Positions 51,772 through 63,708 of a stretch of 64,000 nt of DNA are shown here, piece by piece. How positions within the stretch are numbered: position 1 is the first letter of the stretch; every line of letters starts with the position of its first letter. This DNA is from an uncultured Acidobacteriota bacterium (GTDB lineage Bacteria > Acidobacteriota > Terriglobia > UBA7540). The notes under the pieces were generated by a model. That model had not been told where the DNA came from, made no database searches, and was given only the letters and a program-made list of their open reading frames with translations. The translations under genes and the position numbers were made by a program. The stretch spans positions 256,001 to 320,000 of the forward strand of contig CAWDSK010000006.1 in the NCBI GenBank assembly GCA_963804995.1. The letters run 5' to 3'.

Positions 51772-52826
51772 GCCTTCTGCCAGGGACTCTCGAAGGAGGT
51801 CCGCACCGGGCTCATCTTCAGGGATCGAACGGCCACGGGGACCTCCAACCCGTATTTCGCATCCCGGTCGAAGATGAGAAACCGAGGAGCCATCTCAAAC
51901 GGGAACGCTTCTCGCAGCTGTTGGACGACCCACAGGCTAGTCGGGTGCTTGGTGACGTTGAAGTGCAGGATACGTCGCCGGCCATGGCTGATGACGAAGA
52001 AGCCATAGAGCACGCCAAAGGTTAATGTTGGCACGGTGAAGAAATTCATGGCCGCAATCGCTTCCCTGTGGTTTCGGAGGAAGGCGAGCCAACGTTGGGC
52101 TGGCTCGGGATCTCTCGGCGCCCGTTTCATCCAACGCGAGATCGTTCTCTCGCAAAGATCAAAACCGAGCATAAGAAGCTCGCCGTGGATGCGCGGCGCT
52201 CCCCAGGTTGGATTCTCAACAACCATCCGGAAGATCAACTCTCGGACTCCCTTCGGTGTCGGCTTCCTCCCAACCCGCGTCCTGACTTTCGAGATCAGAT
52301 TCCAGTACAAGCGAAAACCAGCTCGGTGCCACCGAATTACGGTTTCAGGTGTGACGACGATCAGGGCTTGTTCCCATCCTGACCAGTATCGACGAACGGC
52401 AACCCAGAACAATTTGTCGAACGGGCTCAGGCACGGGCGTCGACGCCGCCGCTTCAATACGGCGAGTTGTTGGCGTAACGCAAGATTCTCAAGGAGGAGA
52501 CTTCGTCGCATGCGAAAGAAGCGAATCAGCGTTCCGACGCACAGGCCGATGAATTGAAGCATGGCCAGGAGTTATAGCAGAAAGCTGGTGGGACGGCGGC
52601 AGTTATGTCATTGATTTCAGAGTCGGCCAGGGTTTTGGCGAACGACAGGGGTTGGGTTCGAAACAAGCGTGATTACGCGGCTGTAAAAGCATCTCTCCGA
52701 GTTGTTCGCGGCCACCCTGAAGCAGTGTCGATCAGACGTTCCCTTGAGATAAGGGAGCGACGGCATGTCGTTCCTGCAAAGGCGTAGCAGGATAGGCAGA
52801 GGCAAGTTTTCGGCACTACATTCGCT

Positions 52827-53681
52827 TCAATTCGCCGCCTCAACCGGGCAGAACTCAACGAGAATGACTGTCATATTGTCAGGCCCGCCGTTCTCATTTC
52901 CCCGTGCAATCAAGTGGCTAGCTTTTTCGGCGAGAGGAATTTCCAGTTCCAGGATGTCCACTAATTCTTCCGGTGGAACTACCTTGTATAGTCCGTCGCT
53001 GCACAGCAAGAGCAGATCCTGAGGTTCTATATCGATGGCGGTCATGACGACGTTTATCTCAGGTTGTGCCCCCACCGCCTGGATCAGGTATTCCTTGATC
53101 TGTGCGTTCACCATAGAAGGGTCTTCACCCCGGTTGCGCAATTGATTGCCGTAGGTCTGATCCTGGGTCAGCAAGATGAGATTACCGTCGCGGAATAAGT
53201 AAGCGCGCGAATCTCCGACCTGGGCCACGTCGGCTCGCGGCCCACGCAAGAGCGCTGCGGTCAGCGTGGTGCCCATCGTCTGCTTCTCCGCGTTTTCTTG
53301 GGCGAAAGAGTAAACCGCTCGGTGGGTTGCCACGACCGCTTGTTGCAGGGCAGAGGGTGAATCCGGGGGACCGGTTCCGGAATCCTGCAACTGGGACACG
53401 ATTTCCTTGGCTAGGTTTTCTAGGCACAAGCGGCTAGCCACCTCGCCCGCATGGTGGCCGCCCATCCCATCGGCTACTGCGAGGAGCAAACCGGGCGCTT
53501 CAATGGATAAGGTGCTCCCCTCTCCACTTTGCGGAGCAGCGCTGCCGTCGAGGGGAAGTATGAGGTGGTTATCTTCGTTATGCCCCCGTTTTCGACCCAC
53601 ATCGGTGATGGGGGCGACGTGGGCCGAGAGGCCTCCGTCTTGAACTGAGAACGAAGATGGTTGGGGGGCGTTGAACGCCAC
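52827..53681 (-). CDS. PP2C-family Ser/Thr phosphatase
   Basis: TDVGRKRGHNED, VADGMGG, MGTT, VGDSRAY, LLCSDGL, GGPDN. Confidence 0.95.
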   Translation of the reverse strand: MAFNAPQPSSFSVQDGGLSAHVAPITDVGRKRGHNEDNHLILPLDGSAAPQSGEGSTLSIEAPGLLLAVADGMGGHHAGEVASRLCLENLAKEIVSQLQDSGTGPPDSPSALQQAVVATHRAVYSFAQENAEKQTMGTTLTAALLRGPRADVAQVGDSRAYLFRDGNLILLTQDQTYGNQLRNRGEDPSMVNAQIKEYLIQAVGAQPEINVVMTAIDIEPQDLLLLCSDGLYKVVPPEELVDILELEIPLAEKASHLIARGNENGGPDNMTVILVEFCPVEAAN

Positions 53682-53959
53682 GTGAAAGACCTCCTGCCTC
53701 CGCTTGCCATGTCAAACTGAATCCGGGGCGCACCTCAGCTTTTGTCAGTTTATCCCAAACATTGAGAATTGCAAGTCAGCGCAGGCTCCACGCTGCAGTT
53801 GGCCGCGGATTGTGGTAGACTCCTCTCAGTCCTAGTCAACACGGAAAACGTCGCAGTTTCGTCGGGGTTCTGGGTCACTCGGCTCGTCGGCATGTAGCGC
53901 GGATGAACGGCCGTTTCCCGTTTGACTTTGGACTCCAACTCTTGTTAGTTTGAAGCCTT

Positions 53960-55316
53960 ATGAGACAACTGCAGCCGGTTATCTGGGCAAAGGGGACCTT
54001 CCTCACCCCGCAGCATTTACAGCTTCAGGACCGGTTTATTGAAAGTGTGTTGGAGTTCAAATTAGACGCCCTGTGGTTCTGCCCGTGGGGTTTCGCGGAT
54101 ATGCAAATCGACCGGGAAGCTCTTTCCACCGGCACCTTGCTACTGTCCCGCGCCACCGGGTTGTTCCCGGATGGCTTGGCGTTTGAGATTCCCGACTCGG
54201 ATCCCGCCCCACCCGCACGATCCTTGGAGCAAGCCTTCGGACCTGACCAGAACAGTGTCGACGTTTACCTGGCAATTCCTCAATATCACGATCATGGCCT
54301 CAACGTCACGATGGGTCAGAGAAACGGGGATACGCGCTATCAAGCCGAGGTTGCCCTGCTACGCGATGAGAATTCCGGACTGGCGGAAAGGCCGGTGCAG
54401 GTTGCCAAGAAGAACTTTCGGTTGCTGGTGGAGGGAGAACCCCGCCAGGGGAGTACTTCCCTGCGCATCGGGCGTATCAGGAAGACCACGGCAGGAACTT
54501 ACCAGTTGGACCCGCAATTCGTTCCACCCGTAATCGATCTTTCGGTCAGCGAATACTTAATGGCGATTCTGCGCCGGCTGGTGGAGATTCTGGCCGCCAA
54601 GACCAATGCGCTTTCGGGTATGCGCCGGCAGAAGAATCAGAGCCTGGCGGATTTTACGGCTTCCGACATTGCGAACTTCTGGCTGCTTTACACCGCCAAT
54701 AGCTATTTCCCCATCCTGCGGCACCTGTTTGAATCAAAGAAGGGGCATCCGGAAAGACTCTATACGGCGATGCTCGCCCTGGCGGGGTCGCTCACCACAT
54801 TCTCAACGACCGTGCAGGCGCGCGACCTCCCACTCTATGACCATGATAATCTCGGCGCCTGCTTTACCGATCTCGACGAAAAACTGCGGGCACTTCTCGA
54901 GACCGTGGTTCCCAGCAATGTCGTTTCGCTGCCCGCTGAAACTCACTCAGCCTTCGATCTATGCAACGGCTCTTGCCAATGACAAGTATCTGTTTAACAC
55001 CCGGATGTATTTGGCCATCAGTGCCGATCTGGGCGAGGCGGACTTGCTCAAAAGAGTTCCTCAACTGGTCAAACTCTGCTCGGCCACACACATTGAAACA
55101 CTCATTCGTCAGGCTCTCCCTGGTCTGCCCATGGTGCACGTCCCTTCCCCGCCCGGCTCAATTCCCATCAAACTCAACTACCAGTATTTCAGCTTGAATC
55201 AATCCGGGGTCGCATGGGAGGCTGTCCAGCGAGCTCGAAATATTGCCGCCTACGTCCCCGGAGACATTCCCAACCCCCAACTGGAGCTGATTATCCTCCT
55301 CCCGCAAGCGGAATGA
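53960..55316 (+). CDS. tssK: T6SS baseplate subunit TssK, paralog 1 (+1 frameshift ~54933)
   Basis: VIWAKGTFLTPQHLQLQDR, FPDG, HPERLY, YDHDNL, QALPG; about 451 aa after correction. Confidence 0.9.
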
Positions 55317-55326
55317 TCTTGCTGCC

Positions 55327-57438
55327 TTAGTGCTTAAGAGCAAAGTATAAGATCAACCCCACAGCAACCAGGAACAGGCATACTAGAACTATGCCCATCA
55401 CCAGGAACATCCTCCTTCTCTTCTTCGAGCCATCGAGGACCTGGGGCTGCGGGGCCGGCGATAGGCCCACGCCATAAGCAGGAACAGGGGGCGGCTGATA
55501 CTGCGGAGCAGCATAAGTTGGAGGTGGTGGTGCCTGATACTGTGGAGGAGCATAAGTTGGAGGCGGCGGTGGTTGATATTGCGGCACCTGCGGCACCTGG
55601 GGATAAGCCATCTGCGGCGCCGCGGGTGGAGGTGGCGCTTGATACACCGGAGCCTGGGGCATCCCTGGGGGAGCAACCCCTGGAACCGCAGGGTAGCCAT
55701 AGCCCGGCAGGCGGAGGGGCCGCCGGTGGAACTGCTTGGGGTGGTGTCGGGGGCCTTCGAGGAGTCTCAAAGAGCCTCGTGTATTCGCCAGGCTGGCGCG
55801 CCTCAGGCGGAGGCGGCGCTGGCTGAACGATGGGTGGGGGCGCCGCGACGGGCTGTGGAACAGGTGTTACCGGCTGGGGCTGCCGCTGGAACAAGTTCGT
55901 GTATTCGCCTGGCTCGGCCTTGGCAGGCTTCGCTGCAGGCGGCGGACTTGACGGTTTGGGCGCTTCAAGCGCTGGGGATGCTGGTGTTGCCGTCGGCGAC
56001 TTATAGTTCTGCATCATCAGGGTTAGCGCGCCAGGCCCTTTCTTTGCGCCTGGCAGAGGTGCAGACGGTTGGGACGGGCCTCCAAGACCGGGCGGCCGCG
56101 TTCCCCCCCTCGGATCAGTGCCACTTTTGCTAAATAATTGTGTGAACTCACCGGGACCGCGCGATTCGCTTTGCGAAGCCGGGGAAGCTGGAGGTTCTTG
56201 GGCTGGCGAAGCAGGCGGCGCCAAGGGCTGGGTGACCGTCCGCGAAGGAGGAAGGGGCCGCGGGTGGCTGGGGTTTTGCCCATGGATGCTTGGAACAATT
56301 GGGTGAATTCCCCCGGCCCGGCTTTTTCTGACAGGGGCTGCGGCGAAGAAGCGCACGGCGCCCATGCGGGCGGTGATGATAAGGGAAGGGGTTGATCGGC
56401 TTTGCCCTTCCCCATCGCAGAGAACATTTGCGTGAACTGGCCGGGGCCCTCTGCCTCCGGGGTTGGTGGCGGAGGGGCTACACTCGGTGGCATGGCCGAC
56501 GCGGGTGGTGATGAGGGAAGGGGTTGATCGGCTTTGCCCTTCCCCATCGCAGAGAACATTTGCGTGAACTCGCCCGGGCCCGAAGTCTCCGCTGGTGCTT
56601 GCGGAGGTGGGACATCCATTGGCTCAGGGGGCGCCAGCGGCGCGCCCGCCCGTGGTGATTGCTTCCGGCTCTGATAAACCACCTCAAAACCACTCGGAAC
56701 CTGACCTCGGGGGCGCTTGTCAGGAGGCTTTACCGCAGGCTCGGGCTTTAACTCCGGTGTTGGCGGGGGCGCCGGAGGGGTAGCCTTCTGCCCGGCGAGG
56801 CCTGTCACCAAAAACTGCTTGGTAAATTCCCCAGGGCCTTCCTTTGCTGCCTCCTGTGGAAACGGAGCGCAGAAGTTGTGGGGGACGGACGGAAACACCG
56901 TCCTTAGGCACGGAGGGCACGGGGGCCTTCGCCTACCACCAGGAGCGCCGAACATGCGCGTGAATTCACCGGGTTCATGCTGGCTTTCCCGTGGCTCCGG
57001 CGGCATCTGCGACAGCGGCGTCCCCACCGATGAGGGCAGTCTCCCTTGCACATCACCAGGCCTTGACGGGGTAAGTCTCCGAGTTGCAGATCAGGGTCGC
57101 CGTGGGAAGGCACTGCGGATGTTTCGCTCTCTCCTTGTGAAGCCGCGATCGACTGAAGCCATTTACGAAGGTCCAAGCAATCCGGCACATCCGCCGTCAC
57201 GATGAATACGCGGTCTTCGCATGTCCCATTTCACGAAGAGTTCGGTTCCTGGGGCGCCCGCCCCGGGGAGATACTTGAAAACCAAGGACGCCAAATCAGG
57301 CTGATGCGGAGCAGTCCGTCCGGGCAAGAGCTGGTGCAGCAGGACTGGCTGGCCAGTCGTAGTGTCTTGCGCCCGGAAAGACATCGTTTCCCCGTCTTCC
57401 AACTTGGAAACGATGAGGTATTTTTCCAGGAAGCTCAT
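55327..57438 (-). CDS. Proline-rich membrane-anchored protein with kinase N-lobe-like start and PGEFTxxF repeats (several frameshifts)
   Basis: Pieces 57438, 57200, 57051, 56365 and 55770 join into one gene; C-terminal KKRRR plus TM helix. Confidence 0.7.
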
Positions 57439-57875
57439 GATCAGGGTCCCGTCTAAACTTCACTCTATATCATCATAAACGAGGTTCGCAAGCTCTTTGC
57501 CTTGGCGGGTAGCGGTCATCGTATTATCGCTTCTTCCCTTGATGGTGTGACCAAAACCCGACCAAAACCACAGCCGCCCAGGAGATTTCTTGTTCGTTGA
57601 AACACGGGTGATCGCGAAAGTCTGTTGCTTGGCGGCAAGATGTTGTAATATTGACGGCGAATCGTACACGAAATGAACTCCATGTATGGTAGGCTTTGGG
57701 TATGCCAGCGTGCCCGTCTGTTGCCATCTTCGGGGCCGGCCTTTAAGGGGTCCGAAGAGAGTGGCCCTGCGGGTCAGGGGGCGTGGGATCCTGGACGGAA
57801 GATCTGAAGATCGTCGGACAGGCGAAGGGAAAACCTACCCGATAGCGACTAACCGAAAACTACCGGGTTGACTCC

Positions 57876-59232
57876 ATGAAGCAACTTTCAAAAGTTGTGT
57901 GGTCGGAGGGTATGCACCTCGGGCCGCATCACTTTCAAGTGCAAAACCGCTTTTTCGAAGAGATCACGCACTTCGGGATCTCGAAATTGTGGTTCGAGCC
58001 TTATGGAATCGTAGGGCTGGAACTTGATGCCGAGGCCTTGCGTAACGGCACCGTGTCCGTAGTCCATGCGCGAGGGATCTTCCCGGACGGACTGCCCTTC
58101 AACATGCCGGAGAGCGATCCGCTGCCTGCCCCGCGCGGTATTGCGGATTTATTTCCGCCGACTCGGGAAAGCCTGACCGTGCTCCTGGCAATCCCCCCCC
58201 ACCGGCCGGGCGCGCCGAACTGTGCTCTGACCGATCAAGAAAACAACGGGCCCACGCGTTTCATCGCCGAATCCGTAATGATTCCTGATGAGAATACGGG
58301 CATCGGATGAAAAGCCCTTGAAAGTCGGGCGAAAGAATATACAAATCCTCCTCGACACGGAGGATGCCGGAGATATGCAGACTCTGCCCATCGCCCGCAT
58401 CCGCAGAGATGGATCGGGCAATTACATCTATGACGAAGGCTTTATTCCCCCCTGCACTCAGATCAGCGCCAGCCCCACCCTGATGTTGATGACCCGCCGG
58501 TTGATCGACATTCTTCAGGAGAAGAGTGCGACGATGTCTCTCGATAGCCGGGGGAAGGGGAAATTTCAATCCGGCTTTTCGGCGCAGGAGATTGGACAAT
58601 TCTGGTTTTTGCACGCCATCAACTCCAGCCTGGGGCCCCTCCGCCACCTGTTCTTCACCAAACGCGGGCATCCGGAAGAACTCTTCCTCGAACTCCTTCG
58701 TCTGGGGGGAGCACTTTGTACTTTCGCCCTGGATTCTCAGCCCCGGAATCTTCCCCTCTATAATCACATGGCACTCGATACGTGCTTCGCGGAGATTGAG
58801 AAGCACATCCACGATCATCTCGACCTTCTGGCGCCTTCGAATTGCCTTTCCATTCCGCTTAAACCCGTCGCCAACTACTTCTATGAAGGCGACATCACGG
58901 ATCAACGTTGTTTGGACCGCGCCCGCTGGATGATTTCCGTGCACGCGGCGTTGGGCGATGCCGAAGTCATTACCCGGACGCTTCAACTGGTCAAGGTTTG
59001 CTCCGCGCAATTCGTTCCCCAACTGGTGAAGAGGGCGCTGCCCGGCATGGAATTGACGCACGTTCCGGTTCCTCCCTCCGCCGTAGCCCGGCGGGTCGAA
59101 AGCCAATACTTTTCGATTGGCCGCGCCGGGCCGTGCTGGGATCACATCGTGCAAACTCGTCGCGTGGGAATCTACGTTCCGGGTGACATCCCCAACCCGG
59201 AAATTGAATTGCTCGTTATCCTGGAATCCTGA
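57876..59232 (+). CDS. tssK: T6SS baseplate subunit TssK, paralog 2 (+1 frameshift ~58305)
   Basis: VVWSEGMHLGPHHFQVQNR, FPDG, HPEELF, RALPG; about 451 aa after correction. Confidence 0.9.
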
Positions 59233-59242
59233 GAGGTCAGGC

Positions 59243-59968
59243 ATGGGTGGACAACAGGCTGGCGTTTTGCCGGTACAGGGCGCCGGACGCACGAATCTGG
59301 CATTGATTTACCAGGAAATCCTGACCGCCATTACGCGTTTTCGCTCCAACCGGCAGGCGGTCGCGGACGCCGGGTCATTTCGAAATCAGATCAAGGGGGC
59401 GATCGGTGCGGCGGAAGCGGAAGCGACACGAAACGGCTACGCCCCTGACGATGTGCGCCTGGCCACTTTCGCGGTCGTCGCTCTCCTGGATGAATCGATT
59501 CTCAACTCCAACAATCCTATGTTCGCAGATTGGCCGCGCATGCCCTTGCAGGAAGAATTGTTCGGCATGCACACCGCCGGAGAAATGTTCTTCGGCTGTA
59601 TCGACCGGCTGATGGCGAAAAGCGATTCCCCGCAAACGGCCGATGTGCTGGAGATCTATGCCCTCTGCCTGCTGCTCGGTTACCGGGGACGTTACAGTAT
59701 TAGCGGTCAAGAGGGCGTACGTGTCGTCGCGTCCACGGTGACGGAAAAGCTCCAACATCTTCGTGGCGGACCGCGCCCGCTGGCTCCGAACTGGGCGCCT
59801 CCCAAAGATGCGGTCCGTCAGCAAGCCTCCGATCCCTGGGTTCGAGCTCTCCTCTTGGGCACGATGGGAGCGTTGCTTTTTGCGATTCTGTTTTTTGTGG
59901 GGTTCAAATTCGTGCTCATTTCCGGGGCATCAGGATTACACTCGATTGCTCCGCTTACGCCCCATTAG
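59243..59968 (+). CDS. tssL: T6SS TssL/DotU family protein
   Basis: FAVVALLDE, W..PLQ.ELFG...AGE.FF, CLLLGYRGRY, C-terminal TM. Confidence 0.93.
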   Translation: MGGQQAGVLPVQGAGRTNLALIYQEILTAITRFRSNRQAVADAGSFRNQIKGAIGAAEAEATRNGYAPDDVRLATFAVVALLDESILNSNNPMFADWPRMPLQEELFGMHTAGEMFFGCIDRLMAKSDSPQTADVLEIYALCLLLGYRGRYSISGQEGVRVVASTVTEKLQHLRGGPRPLAPNWAPPKDAVRQQASDPWVRALLLGTMGALLFAILFFVGFKFVLISGASGLHSIAPLTPH

Positions 59969-59977
59969 GGAGTCCCC

Positions 59978-62900
59978 GTGAACACCAAATTGAAATATTG
60001 GATCGCTGCGGTTGCTCTTATCGTGTGGTTGGTCCTGGCTTGGTTTATAGGATCCTGGTTGCATTTGCAAGGGAGTAGCCTTTGGATACTCCGGATTGCC
60101 CTGGCCTTCATTGGCGTCGTAGCCTTCATCATCGTGATTTGGTGGTTCGTGGTCAGGGACAAGGAACGTGCGGAAATGACCCCCGCCGGAGCGGCAGGCG
60201 GTGATGAAATTGACATCCTGATTCGGGAAGCGGAGATGCGGCTCCAGGCATCGCAATTGGGCCGGAGTGCCAGGATCGGCAGCTTGCCTCTCTACCTGGT
60301 CCTGGGTGAGACCGGTTCCGCCAAAACCAGTGTCGTCCTGCATTCCGGGCTCGAACCTGAATTGCTGGCGGGTCAGACCGTTCAGGACAAAGTTCCGGTC
60401 CCCACGCGTACGGCGAACCTCTGGTACGCCCGGCAATTTATCTTTGCGGAAGCCGGTGGCCCGATGCTGCAAGACCGTCCAAGGTGGGCCAAATTTGTGA
60501 AGAAGTTGGCGCCCCGCCAGCTTCACTCGGTATTTGGAAAGGGCACGCCTTCCCCCCGCGCCGCACTGGTTTGCGTGGACTGCGAAAGCTTTATGAAGGC
60601 GGGCGCTCCCGAAGCCTTGGCCGCCAGCAGCGAGCGGATACGGACACGCCTTCGCGAAGTCTCGCAATTGCTGGGCATCAGCCTTCCGGTCTATATCCTT
60701 TTCACGCGGGCCGATCGCCTGCAATTCTTTCAGGATTACGTTCGCAATCTGACCCATGACGAGGCCTCGCTGGTTTTTGGCGCGACATTGCCCATGGTCA
60801 CCTATTCCACCGGCGTGTATGCCGAGCAGGAAACCGCCAGAATCTCCGGGGCGTTCGACAACCTTTTTCAATCTCTTGCGGATCGGCGCGTCAATTTGCT
60901 TGCGCAGGAGTTTGATGCCAGCCAAGCTGCCCACCATCTACGAGTTCCCCAGGGAGTTCAGAAAACTACGGACTTTCTTAGTCCAATTGGTGGTCGACCT
61001 GTGCCGGCCAAGCCAGTTGCGCACCGGCCCCTTCCTTCGCGGGTTCTACTTCTCCGGCGTAAGACCCGTTACGATCACGACGGCGGGACCCACGCTGGTC
61101 CAGGAGGAACCGATCGCCCAACCCTCCGGCGCAAGCGCCGCGGAGCACGCCACCGGATTCTTCGATGTCCGGCAGGCGAAGGCCACGGATGGCCCAGCAA
61201 GCCCAGGCTCCGGAAGTCGGCGAAACCCGCCGAGTCCCTCAGTGGGTTTTTCTACCCCATGTTTTTAGTGACGTGCTTCTCAAGGACACTTCCGCCCTGG
61301 CGGCGAGCGCCTCCAGCACCAAAACCAGTGTCTGGAGACGAATCCTGCTCGCTACGGCGATGGTGATTCTCCTGATTTTCATCATGGGCTTTATCGTCTC
61401 ATTCGTTCGCAATAAGAACCTGGAAAGCCAGGTGGTCACTGCCGCCCAAGGGATTTCGGATGTTCAGTTGACCGGTCAACAACTGCCCTCCCTGGACATG
61501 CTGAACAAGCTGGAAACACTCCGGCAGTCCGTCGAGACCTTGTCGGACTTCCAACAGAATGGCCCGCCCTTCAGTATGCGGTGGGGATTGTACGTTGGGA
61601 ATTCCCTTTATCCCGATGTGCGGAGGATCTACTTCCAGCATTTCAAGCAACTGCTGTTTGGAGAGGCGCAGGCGAGTCTGGTGCAGACTCTTTCCGCGCT
61701 TCCCGGCGCACCCGGACCCAACGATCAATATGGGCCCGCCTACGATACCTTGAAGGCTTACCTCATCACCACCTCCAATCACGACAAGAGCACCACCTTA
61801 TTCCTTTCACCCGTCCTGATGAAAGCCTGGGTTGCGGGCCGGGACATCGATCAAGACCGCGTGCAACTGGCGCAAAAGCAGTTCGACTTCTACAGCGAGC
61901 AGTTGAAAATTCAAAACCCCTACTCCTCGGAGTATGACACGCTGGTGGTCGCCCGAGCTCGCAATTACCTCTCCCAGTTCTCGGGCGTGGAGCGCGTCTA
62001 CCGGTTCGTGCTGGCCGAGGCTGATAAGGCCAATCCGTCGATCAACTTCAACAAGAAATTCCCGGGTTCCGCGGAGGTGGTGGTGGATCGAACCGAAGTG
62101 AGTGGCGCCTTTACAAAAAGCGGTTGGGCCTTCATGCAAAATGCCTTGCAGAATCTGCCCAAGTATTTCAGTGGAGAACAGTGGGTTCTGGGGCAGGAAA
62201 GTGCTTCCAACATCGACTTGGCAAAACTCGCGACGGATCTGCGCAGCCGATATCAACAAGACTTTATCGAGCAGTGGCGTTCCTTCCTGAGAAACGGGAA
62301 TGTGGTCCGTTACGGTGGCCTTGCGGACGCGGCGCAAAAGCTCTTAAAGCTCTCCGGCAATCAGTCCCCGCTCCTGGCTCTCTTCTGCGTCACGGCTCAG
62401 AACACGGCGGTCGACCAAGCCGATGTTGTCAAGGCGTTCCAGCCTGTCCAGGCTGTCGTTTCACCTAACTGCCAGGATCAATACATTGGGAGCTCCAACC
62501 AGCCTTACGTCGCCGGACTCAGTGGCCTCCAGGCCTGCCTGGACCGGGCCAACAATACCCCGGGCGACAAGGATGCCGCGAAGGCCCAGTGCCTCAACGA
62601 CGCCTCCAACGCCCAACAGGCCGCACGGCAGATCGCCCAAGGATTTAAAATTGATCAGGATGGCCACGTCGACCAGACGGTCCAGAATCTGCTTCTAGCC
62701 CCCATTACGGCGATTACGCCCGTCCTGAAACCTGGTCCGGTGAGTGGCGCGGGTTTGTGCGCACAGATGAGCCCGCTCGAATCCAAGTTTCCCTTCAGCT
62801 CCCAAGCTACCCTGGAAGCTACTCCGCAAGATCTGGCGGGGATTTTTGACCCCACCAACGGCGCGTTGGCCCAGTTCTACAACTCGGCCCTGAAGAGCCT

Positions 62901-63456
62901 TCTCCTCCCCCAGGGGACAGGTTACATTGCCAATCCTTCGGCAACGCAGGCGGTAAATCCCGCCTTCCTCAGCTTCTTTAATCGCGCCGCCGGTGTGCAA
63001 CGAGCACTTTACGCAGGCGCACCCGGACAACTGCAATTCAAGTACGCGCTTCGTCCGCATCCGACCGAGAGCGTCAGTAGCGTCTCCATGAATATTGACG
63101 GCCAAGCCTTGAACTTTGCCGGCGGCAATTCCTCGTTCCAGCAGTTTACGTGGCCAGGATCAGGCCAAGGCGTGACGCTCACGGTGAAGATTCAAGGTGG
63201 GTCCGAATTGGGATTCCCCAGCTACAGCGGAACATGGGGAGTCTTCCATTTCTTTGCAGATGCTGACAAGACTGTGCAAAATGGAAGTGTTTACAACGTG
63301 GAGTGGGTCCTGCGCGTCGCTGGGGGGCGTCCGGTAACCGCTCCAAATGGAAAGCCCGTAACCGTGCAGTTCGACCTGGATACCCTCGGAGCCCTTCCTA
63401 TTTTGCAGAAAGGCTTCTTCTCCTCGTTGCGGTGCGTATCGAATGTGGCGCGCTAA
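59978..63456 (+). CDS. tssM: T6SS membrane subunit TssM/IcmF (+1 frameshifts ~60922, ~61187)
   Basis: Two TMs, LPLYLVLGETGSAKT, LPVYILFTRAD, LRGFYFSG, third TM, RWGLY, FPF, FTWPG; about 1158 aa after correction. Confidence 0.92.
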
Positions 63457-63708
63457 GGGAAATTCCCTGGGGCGGCTGGGGAGTATGGGCAGCCGCCACG
63501 TGACCTTGACAAGGCTTTATAAACCCTTATAGGCTATTACAAAAGATTACAGTTGATTTCTCTTCCCTAAATGGATAATTCTATTTACGGTATACCGCTG
63601 GTAAGAAAGTTTAGCACAGCACCCTTTTCGTACTATTGAAACTCCGTGCAAGTCCTTTGGGCTCTGCTCATTGAAGTGTGGAGCGCAGGAATTACATGAG
63701 GAGGCGGG

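Larger units (their letters stand above)
48397..51776 (+). mobile_element. Large-serine-recombinase mobile element (~3.38 kb) with TT crossover core
   Basis: TT at 48397-48398 and 51775-51776; removing the element restores in-frame SPWQNGV in the host transposase. Confidence 0.9.
47974..52647 (-). mobile_element. rve integrase-core IS split by a serine-recombinase element
   Basis: Ends TGTGTTTCGCCAAAA (47974) / TTTTGGCGAACGACA (52647); transposase 52562..51775 (…ESPWQ) and 48398..48153 (NGVGERW…GGLHHRYDRAA). Confidence 0.88.
7744..52650. mobile_element. tRNA-Met-adjacent mosaic genomic island (right boundary approximate)
   Basis: Starts after tRNA; carries integrase, TA pairs, BREX remnant, many IS and an intron; no attR repeat recognised. 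Confidence 0.6.

Noticed and set aside
7744..52700. attR duplication of the tRNA 3' end
   Set aside because: No copy of GGTTCAAATCCCGGCCCCGCAACCA found by eye, so the island boundary is undefined
53960..63456. T6SS genes as true pseudogenes
   Set aside because: The tssK and tssM breaks are all single +1 shifts at short base runs with no nonsense codons, which fits sequencing indels; needs read checking
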